A DNA stretch of 58,288 bases, taken from Chiloscyllium plagiosum. Its lineage: Eukaryota. The DNA lies in NCBI RefSeq assembly GCF_004010195.1, contig NC_057737.1, positions 24,403,707 through 24,461,994 on the forward strand, written 5' to 3'. The position numbers and the translations under genes were made by a program. Under the pieces are notes generated by a model. It ran no database searches and was not told where the DNA came from. It saw only the letters and a list, made by a program, of their open reading frames with translations. Positions 24,801 through 36,800 of this stretch are shown one piece after another. Position 1 is the stretch's first letter, and each line of letters starts with the position of its first letter.

Positions 24801-27800
24801 TTTAACACAGATAAGTGTAAGGTCTTGCATTTTGGAAAGTCAAATCAAGGCATAAGTTTCATGCTGAATGGTAGAGCCTTAATGAGTGTAGTGGAACAGT
24901 AGTGGAGTTCAGGTTCATCGTTCTCTGAAAGTGGAGTCACAGGTAGATAGGGCAGTGAAGAAGGCTTTTGGCACGCTGTCCTTCATCAGTCATGGCACTG
25001 AATATAAAAGTTGAGAAGTTATGTTGCAGTTGTACAGGATGTTGGTGAGGCCACCCTTGGAATATTGTGTTCAATTTTGGTCACCTTGCGATAGGAAGGA
25101 TGTTATTAAACTGGATAGAGTGCAGAAGATTGTACAAGTATGTATGAGTTATAGGGAATGTTTGGACAAGCTAGGACTTTTTTCTTTTGAGAGTAGGAGT
25201 CGGGGGGTGGGGGAGATAAAATAGAAGTGTATAAGATCATGAGAATCATAGATCGGGTGAATGCACTCAGTCTTTTTCCCAGGTTGCGGAATCAAGGACT
25301 AGAGAACATCAGTTTATGGTTAGAGGGGAAAGAATAAAAGGGCATCTGAGGGGGTAACTTCTTTACACAGAGGGTGATATGCATGTGGAATGAGCTGCTG
25401 GTAGAAGTGGTTGAGGCAGGTATATTAACAACATTTAAAAGGCATTTGAAGAAATACATGGGTATGAAAGGATTAGAAGAATATGGACCAAGTGCAGGGA
25501 ACTGAGGTTAGCGTTGGTGGACATTTTGTTCGGCATGGACCATTTTGAGCAAAAGGGCCTGTCTCCGTGCTGTAGGACTCTGACTCTAAATAGTAAAATT
25601 GTTTGCAGTGGTGTGATTGAGAGGGAAATATTGGCCATCACACACCACTCTGAATATTAAAGTTCTTGTGACAGATCAAACAGACACAAAACCTAAATAT
25701 ACTGCTACATCTGAGAGACTTCACACCTGAAAACAGCACACTCGGTTCTGCACAGGCTTGTCTGCTTATGCTCAAATGAATTAGTTGATTAACAATTTTA
25801 TGACCCAGATACTAGCATTTTACCAATTGAGTCCAATTTTATTCTCTGAAATACCTGTTGCTTGTTTTGCTTTTAACAGCTGTTTCAATATATTCCCCAT
25901 CTTCTTGCATCTTTAGGAGTTCTCTCACATGGAAGGGTTCGTTGTCCAAGGCATGGTGCTTGTTTTAATATAAAAACAGGTGATATTGAAGAGTTCCCCT
26001 GTATGGATGGACTACAAAGTTATAAGGTACAATTTGGATTGCTGCAATGATTTGGATAATTTGTACTGAAACTACTTATATTTAGTGAACATTTTAATCT
26101 AATAAAAATTTGCAGCTAACATCCAAAGAATTGAATTGTAAAGTAATGCCATTTATTTCTTCATGATTACATGCCATGCTGACACACTTGATTATTTTAA
26201 ATACAGAATCCATCTGAATATTGTAGGGATGGGGGCAAAGAGGTGATAAATGGTATATCTCTTTAGTGATGGATGGTGACAGCTCTACATGGCCGTAGAA
26301 CATAAGATCATATGGCAGAGGAACAGAAGTAGATTATTCAGCGCATTGAGTCAGTTCAGCCATTTAATAAGATCATGGCAGATCTGATAACCATCAACTT
26401 TCCTGTCTCTTCCTCATAATCCTTGATTCCCTTACCAATTAAAATCTGGCTATGTCAGCCTCGAATATAGCCATAGACTCATAAAGATGTACAGCATGGA
26501 AACAGATCTTTTAGTCCAACCCATCCTTGCCGACCAGATATCCAACCTAAACTAGTCCCATTTGACAGCAGTTGGTCCAAATCCCTCAAAACCCTTCCTA
26601 TTCATATAACACCACTCTTTGAGTGAAAGTTTTGCCCCTTAGATCCCTTTTATATCTTCCCCCTCTCACCCTAAACTGATGCCCGCTAGTTCAGGATGCA
26701 CTGACTCCAGGGAAAAGGCCTTGTCTATTTACCTCACCAATGCCCCTCATGATTTTATAAATCTCTAAGGTCACTCCTCAGCCTCTGATACTCCAGGGAA
26801 AACAACCCTAGCCTATTCAGCCTCTCCCTAAAGGTCAACCACCTTTCCCACCCCCATCCCCCCCCCCCCCCACCCCCACTCCCAACCCTGCGAACATCCT
26901 GTAAATCTTTCAAGTTTCATAACATGCTTCCTATAGAAGGGAGACCAGAATTGCACACACTAGTCCAAAAGTGGACTAACCAGTGTCCTGTACAGCCACA
27001 ACATGACCTCCCAACTTCTATACTTGATGTTCTGACCAATAAAGGAAAGCATACCAAGTGCCGCCTTCACTATCCTATCTACCTGCGACTCCACTTTCAT
27101 GGAACAATGAGCCTGCACACCAAGGACTCTTTGTTCAGCAACACTCCCCAGAATATACTTTGTGATCCAGCCTCAATGGTCCTCTGTGGTAAATAACTCC
27201 ACAAATTCACAATCCTCTGAGAGGAAATTCCTTCTTATCTCTCCTCTTTAAATGTGTGACCCCTTATTCCGAGATTATGCCCTCTTGCCTGAGACATTTC
27301 CATATGGGGAAACAACCTTTCCTCATTTACCCTGTCAAGTCCCCTAAGAATCTCATATGCTTTCGCAAAGTGACTGCTCATCCTTCTACCTTCCAATGAG
27401 TACAGACCCAATTGATATAAACTCTCCTCAGTAGACAGACCCCCAGTACCTAGTGAGCCTTTTCTAGACTGCATTCAATGCCAGTATTTCTTTCCTTAGA
27501 TAAGGGTTCCAAATCTATCCACTACATTCCAGCTATGGTCTGACCAGTACCTTGTATATTTTGAACAAAACCTTCCTACTTTTATACTTTATTCCCTTTG
27601 AAATAGAGGCCAACATTTGATTTGACTTTCCTGGTAACTGCTGAACTTAGATGCTAACTTCTTGTGATATGTGGACAAAGACTCCCAAATCTCTCTGTTC
27701 TGTAGCTTTCTGCAATCTTCCTCCGTTAAATAATACTGCACTCCTCTATTCTTCCTGCCAAAGTGCATAATTTCACATTTCCCCACATTATAATCTATCT

Positions 27801-30800
27801 GCAGACACTATGTCATCTTCATCACGTGCCTTTCTACCTATTTCTATGTCCTCCACAGAGTTGGTGACAGTACATTCACTTTCTTCATTCAAGACATTAA
27901 TATATATTGTAAAAAATGTGATGCTACATCAAATGCCTTCCAAAAATCTAAATATATTATGTCTGCCTTTACTCCTTTATCTATCCTGCTTGTTATCTCA
28001 CTCAAATAAATAGTTGAGATTCTCTTGATAATCATTACCATAGCACAAATTAATCAAACTATAAGTAATGGAAACCTTTGCAAAGCAGGATCATTGAATG
28101 CATTCAGGGAAAACTTTAGATTCACACTAAAACTTCCACTGGTTTTAATATACGAAACAAGCTAACTTTGGATCTCTAGTGGAACAGAGAGATCTACTAT
28201 CATGGAAAACTTGGAATTAGCTGGAGAGTTCTAAATAATGACAGATTGATTTGTTTACAAAATAAGTTATGCTCAATCATATGACATATCAATCATAACC
28301 CAATCTAGATCTGACTTTGTTTCAAATAGCCTAACAACAGGTAAATATTTGATTCTGTCAGGCTAATCACAAAAGCAATGACCTGTAAAAAGTTAAATTT
28401 TATTATAAATTTCGTCATGAGGTAGACAAAAGTCAAATGTATATCTAACATTATTCCAGGGCAAATGCTTTACATAGTCATTGAGTAATACAGCACAGAA
28501 ACAGACCCTTTGGTCAAACTCATCCATACTGACCAGGTATTCTAAACTGATCTCGTCCCATTTGCCAGCATTTGGCGTATATCCCTCTAAACCCATCCTA
28601 TTCATGTACCAATCCAGATGCCTTTTGTTGTAATTGTACCCACCTCCATCATTTCCTCTGGCAGCTTGTTTCATACATATACCACCCTTTGTGTGAAAAA
28701 AGTTTCTCTTTAGGTCATTTTTAAATCTTTCCCTGCTCACCTTAAACCTATGCCCTCTAGTTTTGGACTCCCCTACCTTGGGAAAAAGACCTTGGCTATT
28801 CACCCCATTCATGCCCCTCATAATTTTATAAACCATGATAAAGTCACCCCTCAGCCTCCGATGCTCCAGGGAAAGTAACCACAGCCTATTCAGTCTCTCC
28901 CTGTAACTCAAACCGTCCAATCCCAGCAACGTCCTTGAAAATCTTTTCTGAATCCTTCCAAGTTTAACAACATATTTTCTACAGCAGGGAGACCAGAACT
29001 GAATGCAGTATTCTAAAAGTGGCCTAACTAATGTCTTGTACAGCCGTTCACAAGTACTTGAGAGGATCACTGTGAAGTTCTACCATTTATTCCTAAATCA
29101 GCTATTTTTACAGAACTACTACCATGAAGGGAAACATTCCTGAATTAAACAGTAATGTTTAATTCTAATGAACTAGATGATAACATGCATAAATCAGGAA
29201 GACACTTCAATCTTTGCATTCTCTTATGAAGACAATGGCTGAATCTTAACAGAAATCAACTCCCATTTTTGACGACTTTCCTGGAGGCAAAGTCTAACAG
29301 ATTTTTTCACACTATATTCCCAAATGTGCTTCATTGTCTATGCACCATGCCCCTATAGTGCTGTGCTTGTTGTACTCTTGCACTTGTCTTAGTAGGAAGT
29401 ATGAATCATTGCCAGGACATACAAAAGTATTTCCAGTAAGGTGGCAGTGGAGTAGTGCTTCTGAGCCCAGCGCTTGTCCACTTTGTCTGCTTTTCATTTC
29501 GTTTCGATTTATTTCTTGCTTTTCACTTTTTTCCTTATTTTCCTCTTATTTTACTTACCTTTTTGTTGAAGAGCTCAGGTGTGGTGATGACACTGGCGAT
29601 GGCAAGTGACTGTAGCACAGACTTGAGGGGCCCAGCACAGACTCAAGGGGGCCCAGAAATACAGACTTGTGACAGTGACTTTAGAAGCAAATTTGGTTTC
29701 CCAGCAGCTTCTGCTTTGATGAAGTGGTCCTAGTGCTGACTCATGGTTGCTGCGGCAGAGGTGAGTTTGGGTTTCCAGCAAGTTCTGCGTCCAGTGCAGA
29801 TTAATGGAAGCAGAATCTGCAGCACTGCATTGGTGAGGTGGGTCTGAACCGGATTTATGGTGGCAGCACAGTCAAATATTGCTGGCAGTGGCATTGGTGG
29901 CATCTGCATTGGCAACATCCAGCAAGGTGGCTCAGTGGTTAGCACTGCTGCCTCACAGCACCAGGATCCCAGGTTCAATTCCAGCCTCTGGCAACTGTCT
30001 GTGTGCAGTTTGCACATTCTCCCCGTGTATGCGTGGGTTTCCTCCGTGTGCTCCGGTTTCCTCCCACGATCCAAAGGTGTGCAGGTCAGGTGAATTGGCT
30101 ATTCTAAATTGTCCATAGTGTTAGGTGCATTAGTCAGAGGGGTGGGTTACTCTTCGGAGGGTCAGTGCGGACTTGTTGGGCCGAAGGACCTGTTTCCACA
30201 CTTCAGGGAATCTAATCTAATCTAATCAGGACTCATAGTGGCAAGGGTATTGGTGGAAGTGAGGTGGCGCTGAAGACTGGCGACTTTTGTTGCAGTGGCA
30301 AAGGGAAACTCATGCCTGGCCACCAGGCCCATGACCCTTGGCAGAGCACTTAACAAGAAGAACTGTAATGTTGAACACTTTTTTATTTCTTCATTCTTCT
30401 GCCTTTATATTCCATGTTTTGGTTTATTTTTCTCTTTTTTTTTTTAAGATGGCACCGGAGTGGGGTGACACGAAACAACACTTTTCACTGTATTTTGTAA
30501 CAAAATATGTGTGACGATAAATAAATCAAATAAATCCCGGGATCACTTGTGCAACTGTCATATTTAAAAGCAGTTGGATCGTTGTACACCCATTCACGTG
30601 CCCTGCCCAGTTTATGGAGTTGGTAGACAGGGGGAAATTGGTAATCTGCTTTGTGAACAGGGCCTTAAAGGTTCTATGGACGAGTTGGTGTGAGGGAAGG
30701 CCATTACCTTCCCTCAGAACCAGCAGAGGAGGCCACAATATCAAATTCTGCTGTCGTGTTAGAGGTTGCCTGCTATCAGTACAACCTGGAGGACTGCCCA

Positions 30801-33800
30801 ATAATACCGGAAGAATCTCAATAACCTTCTCTGCTCAGTGAAGGTAAGTGCCACCACCTTTTCTCTGTTACCTCTCAAATCACTCTATCTCTGCTGCTGC
30901 ACCCATCTCTCATCAAGACTCATGGTCTAAAACTCTCACTCATTCAGCATTTTCTCTCACTTGCTCTCACAACCCAAACACGCCCATCACAGCTAACCCT
31001 GTGTACGTTCTGCACTACCGACTCATTTCACTTCAGACAACTCACCACTTGCACCAGAATTGACAATGTTCCAACTGCTTTCATGCAATTTGTCCCATCC
31101 CAGGAGATAACATTGCACAATTGGGCAGAGAGAGCCGGGATGGACATCTAACATGCAGCTCCTTACCCATCACTTGTGGTGCTGAGACTGTTCAGGTATT
31201 GGTGTGCTATCTCTCATTCTTGCCACTGAGTGTATACTTAACATGCCAGAACTTCTCCCGCCTGTTCACAATGCTTTCTCTCTATTGTCTCCTGTTGGTA
31301 CCCGTGGTATCAGCACACTGAGGAAGAAGCATCAGATCCTTTGGAGGATGCATCAGCAAGCCTGTCTCCTCTATCCTCCACTGGCTCAGATACTGACACC
31401 TTGGTGGATACTTTACCCAGATTAGAGTTAGGAATACCTACTACTGAGCAGTTCACTGCCATGTCTTGGCAGCTAGCCAAACACAAAGTCTTTCTGGCAC
31501 TGCTGGAGCCAGGCATCTGCTCAATACAGGACTGGAGAAGGCCCCATGTGTTGACCATCAATAACTTCATCAAAATGACAAGGAGACATGAAGCAATAGG
31601 CAGGTTTATCACAGCACTAAGCAAGCTGACATAAAGTTTGTACGACTGCACCAATGCAGTTGGCACAATACTACTACTTCTGACATGTGGCTGTCCAGCT
31701 GCCATTATAGACAAGCTGCCTTGAGAAACTAAGTACTGGACCCTCTGTTTCCTGGATATAAACATGGAACTGCATACCCTTATTCCAGCCGTTAGTGCTC
31801 AGAACCAACAGCCAGGTGACAGAGATACCTTGATCTCAGCCAGGTGCCCTTTGTCGTAAGGAGACAGTGCAGAGGAGAGGCAACATATAGTTTCCCTTGG
31901 AGTTTCATGTCAGGATACACCAGGGGTGATACTCCACTATACTCCACTACTACTCCTTGCCTGCTACCCTCCTTCCTGTGGAAAGTCAAGCCAAAGTGGT
32001 TAAAGCTGGGCAGGTCAGATTCAGCATGTCTGAGCTTTCTAGTCCAACCTCACTACGTAACACTTCATCATTTTACCCACTGAGTCCAAGGGATATCGAG
32101 TCAAAATGCCCAGACATAGAAGTGCATTGCCTTCCTGCCTTCGCCCATTGAAATCAGGCTGTGCTGACTGTTGATGACTTCCCCTCCTGCACTGCCCCTT
32201 TCCCTTCCATGCTCCATTGTCCTGCACACCTCTCTTCCCACACCCCCCTCCCCCCCCATACATGTTGAGTTTCACTCTTCACAATAGTTAGCTCATCTGC
32301 ATCCCTGTATGTTGTTGTCAGTCACCACAACTGAATTTCTCAGCTTCCCTCCAGTAGCACTGGCCCCTGACAACTCCTCCATGACTTTTAGTGGATGGAG
32401 CTCCAGGACTGGCTATGGCCCACCCCTTTGCCTGACTTGGACAGAGAGCCCTGTGTATAGCTTCCCTACTGACATACTGCAACTCTCCAGCTCGTTGCAC
32501 TGGACCCACTGGCCTGACCATGGCTCACCTCTGGACTGTGGGGGGTATAGACCCCCCTTGCCTGACTTGGACAGAGAGCCCTGTCTGGTCTGTGTATAGC
32601 TTCCCTACTGACATACTGCAACTCTCCAGCTCATTGCACTGAACCCACTGGCCTGACCATGGCTCACCTCTGGACTGTGGGGGGTATAGACCCTGATCCT
32701 GAACACCCTAAGCAGATGACTCACTGTGTCTAAACTCCTGGACTGACATTTGAAGCTGATGTTGACTTAGTTTGCTGGGTCCCCCTGACTGAAGGGTATC
32801 TCCTTTGACTTGACTGAGAACTAATGCCCTTAGATTTAGAGGCACAGCCATTTTGTTGATGTGCACGCAGTCCGTTTGCTGCATGTGAGGCTGGCACATG
32901 GTACTGGCATGAATTGACATAGCATGGCAGGATGCTGTGAGCATCCAGCTAGGTGCAGTTAGTGAGTGCTAAAGAGAGCAAACGAGGATCCCTGAGATGC
33001 ACCCTTGCTGAATCCATGAGCTGGGTGCCTGTGCCTGCATGCAAATGTTCTTCCTGCAGTGTTGCAATGAAAGGTGGCAGTGCACTCCAAAGTGCAGCAT
33101 TGAAATGCAGGAACGTCTTGGAAGTGAATCAGAGATGTGCCATGCAGGTGTGGTGAGGTTAGTACATGTTGCATGTCAAACTGTATGGACAGGGGTTGCA
33201 TGTCATCACTGCCCATGGAGCATACCCTGAGATGTTACTGTTTGGTGTCTCGGATGGAGGCCCAGAGGAGCAAGCGGCAAGCTAAAGCCACCAATTAATT
33301 AACCGCACTGAGTTTCATGTCAGAAACTATCACTGTTCAGTTTCTTTTATTTGGGTGGCAGAATGAAAAACTGCATATTAATGAGGTGTGATTAAATAAT
33401 ATTGAGATGTTATTGCATGCAAATTGGCCCCTCACTGTTCATTAGTGTCTTTTCTCGTTGTGCAATACTTGGGTGGAAATGGGATTTTTTTATTCTGAGA
33501 AGTTCACATGTGATTCTTCCAATTTTCTCATGTTATTCAGGGGCTGGGAATATTCCACCCACAGTCTTTTTCTGAGGCATAGGTCCATGCGTGATGTCTG
33601 CTTCACTCAAGTGGCCATTTCTTATGTACAAACCTGTGCAATAAGATTGAGGAGATGTGTCAGGTGTTACAATAGGACTAATCCCATCCCCATGCAATAT
33701 CCACACAAACTCTGCTTAGCAGAATCACTGCAAGGCAATCTGGGGCACAAACCTCAGATGATTAAATTATTTTCCCACTCCTGATGATTTAGGCTGTACA

Positions 33801-36800
33801 GATCAATTGGCGTGTACCACTACTATTCTAGTTGATTAGTTATTTCAGCACAGATGTTAGATCTAATCTAGATGGTAGTCAGTAATTAACAGTAGATTGG
33901 ATTGACATCATTTCCATGATTTTGAGAGCTACTGTTTGTGGCTGTTATAAAGTGTGGTTGTGCTGCAAGATCTGATGACATATGTCTCTCAGACTACTCG
34001 CTCATATTGCTTTCAGATCAGACCAAGCTTTGCCAGAAAGTAAATTGAGCTTGAATCCAATCTGTAACTGTGAACCAAGTGTCTTTTGATGAATGTGAAG
34101 GACCATAAATCTTGGGTCCCCATTTGAGACTATCTTTTACAGGAATGAAAGAGCATTCACAAGCAGCATCAATGATATAAGGCTCAAATTTTCCTTCACA
34201 TGTTTTCTGGAATGTGTTGTTCATGTAAAATGTAGTTTATACACTCATCAGTCATTTTTTTCTTGAAAAAAATTGACTTTCTTTTCATTGCCCTTCATTA
34301 TTGGTTATCTGGGCTATGAAATCCTAGCACCCCTGAATAAGTCCAGCTAACAAATAAAATAGATGAATACATTTTCTTAAACTTTGATATAATGCTAGTA
34401 TTATGTATGCAATAAATAAATCTATTCATTTCTAGTAATCTTAATGTTGTTTGTCTTTCGATTTCTACAGACTGAAGTCCAGGATGGCAAGGTTATTGTA
34501 TTCACAACTACCTCAGTAAGTTTCCGTGACTCATTGCACACTTTGGAAAAAAAAGATTGGATTTTATTATCAATTTGTATGTCCGCTGGTAAACATGATT
34601 CATTATTTTCTATGTGTTTTAAATAGGCCTTGAACACAAACAAAAGGACCCAAAACATGGTCACTCGGTCACTAGTGAATAAAAATCTCATTCTTCTTAT
34701 AGGTGGAGGTAGGTTTAGTGTCTCAATTTATAGGTTGTATTTTTTGTTACTTATGAAGTGAAATAGTTTCCATTGTTCATGACCCCAAGACTGCAATTGT
34801 CTGCCTTGACTGACTTGCGACTCCACAGGTGGTGGAAAACCAGTCAGGCAGCATCCGAGGAGCAGGAAAGTCAATGTTTCGAGCATAAGCTCTTCATCAG
34901 GAATGAGGGGTAGCCCAAGGGGGCTGAAAGATAAATGGAAGGGGGTGGGGTGGGGCTGGGGGGAAGGTAGCTGGGGATGTGATAGGCAGATGAAGGTGGA
35001 GGTGAAGGTGATAGGTCGGAGAGGAGGGTGGAGCGGATAGGTGGGAAGGAAGATGGCAAGTAGGACAGTTCAAGAGGACGGTGCCGAGTTGGAAAGTCTG
35101 ATCTGGGATACGGTGGGGGGAGGGGAAATGAGGAAACATTCCCCTCATTGGGGAGACAGGACGCCAACTTGTGGAATGTTTCAGAGAACATCTCTGGGAC
35201 ACCCATACTAAACAATCCCATCGCCCTGTGGCCGAACACTTTAACTGCCCCCTCCCACTCTGCCAAGGACATGCAATTCCTGGGTGTCCTCCACCGCCAA
35301 ACCCTAACCACACGCCTGGAGGAAGAACACCTCATCTTCCGCCTTGGGACCCTCCAGCCACATGGGATCAATGTGAATTTCACCTGTTTTCTCATTTCCC
35401 CTCCCCTCACCTTATCGCAGATCCAACCTTCCAACTTAGCACCTCCCCCTTGAACTGTCCTACCGGTCCATCTTCCTTCCCACCTATCTGCTCCATCCTC
35501 CTCTCTGACCTATCACCTTCACTTCCACCTATTCCCAGCTACCTTTCCCCCATTTCCACCCCCCCACCCATTTATCTCTCAGCCCCCTTGGGTCCACCCC
35601 CTCATTTCTGATGAAGAGCTTATGCTCGAAATGTCGATTCTCCTGCTGCTCCGATGCTGCTGTGTTTTTCCAGCACCACATACTTTGACTCTGATCTCCA
35701 GCATCTGCAGTCCTCACTTTCTCCTGACTTACTGTGGACTGCAATACATAGTCAGCAGACCCAAGTTATACAGCAAATAACATGCTAGAAAATGTGTTTT
35801 CACTTAATGTTGATAATATTTTAAGTGCTGTTGGACTTAATAAATTTCTAAAATGCAAGCATAATAACCCAATCAAATGTGATAGGATAAGCCTCACACC
35901 TCTTGGCTTGGTGAACTCAGTTTATTTATCCTGCTGCTGTTTGCCTGAAATTACTTTGTTCCCTCACAATATTCCTTGAGTGTGTACATGTGTGTGGCTG
36001 CACAGATCCAAAAATGTTCTGAGCAATGTGGTGAACAGGCTGCCTGGAACAAGGAGCACAAGCAGAGGTTGGAGTTATGCATCAAATCCCAACCACAAAA
36101 CCATGAGTGGCTGGAGAGAGCATAAAAAAAGATGAAACTGTAATTGTTGTCGCAAGCATAAGAGAGAAGTGAACAGTGATTGGATGACTGGATTAGGGGT
36201 TTTCAGAGGAACTATGTCTGCAGGTCAATTGCGTGCGCTGAAGAGTGGCAGGTGAGTAGTCAAACAAGGCCTAAAAGCCTCTAAACATCAAATGCCCAAA
36301 GTAATCCAAGTTGTTCAGTGAAAGATTATGGGAGAGAAAGACTTTGTATAACTCCCCAGTCATGGATTAGCTTTTTTGTCATTCACCTGTAGGATGTGGC
36401 CAGCAATTTCTGCCCATCTTTACCTGTCCTTGAAAGGGTTTGGTAAACTTCTTCTTGAAGCACTGCAGTCCATTTGGTGTAGGTAGATCCGCAACGCTAT
36501 GAGGGTGAATGTTCCAGGATTTTGACCCACTGATGGTGAAGGAATGACGATATATTTCCAAGTCAGGGTGATGAGTGACTTGGAGTGGGAACCTACAGGT
36601 GGTGATGTTCCAGTCTATCATTTGCCTTTGTCCTTGTCGACAGTAGTAAGTTTAGAAGGTACTGTCCAAGGAGCTTTGGTGAATTTCTGCAGTTGATCTT
36701 GTAGATGATATATACTGCTGCTACTTACCATCAGGAGTGGAGGGAGGGCCTGTTTGTGGATATGGTGCCAATCAGGTGAACTATTTTTTTTCCAGATGAC

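Noticed and set aside
28393-29070. Longest ORF in the track (225 aa) as a host gene
   Set aside because: It is the C-terminal end of CR1 ORF2 running into UTR and flank; many decayed copies occur in the window.
29920-29990. tRNA-like sequences (also at 38486, 44641 and 52170-52236)
   Set aside because: They are SINE heads that continue into the V-domain and LINE-derived tail; no intact cloverleaf or terminator.
32423-32693. CRISPR-like array or satellite
   Set aside because: Only two 130-bp units, no spacers, eukaryotic context.
34871-35611. Proline-rich ORFs (also 39483-39917 and 40981-41451)
   Set aside because: Translations of the pyrimidine-rich Penelope UTR or off-frame RT, not host proteins.
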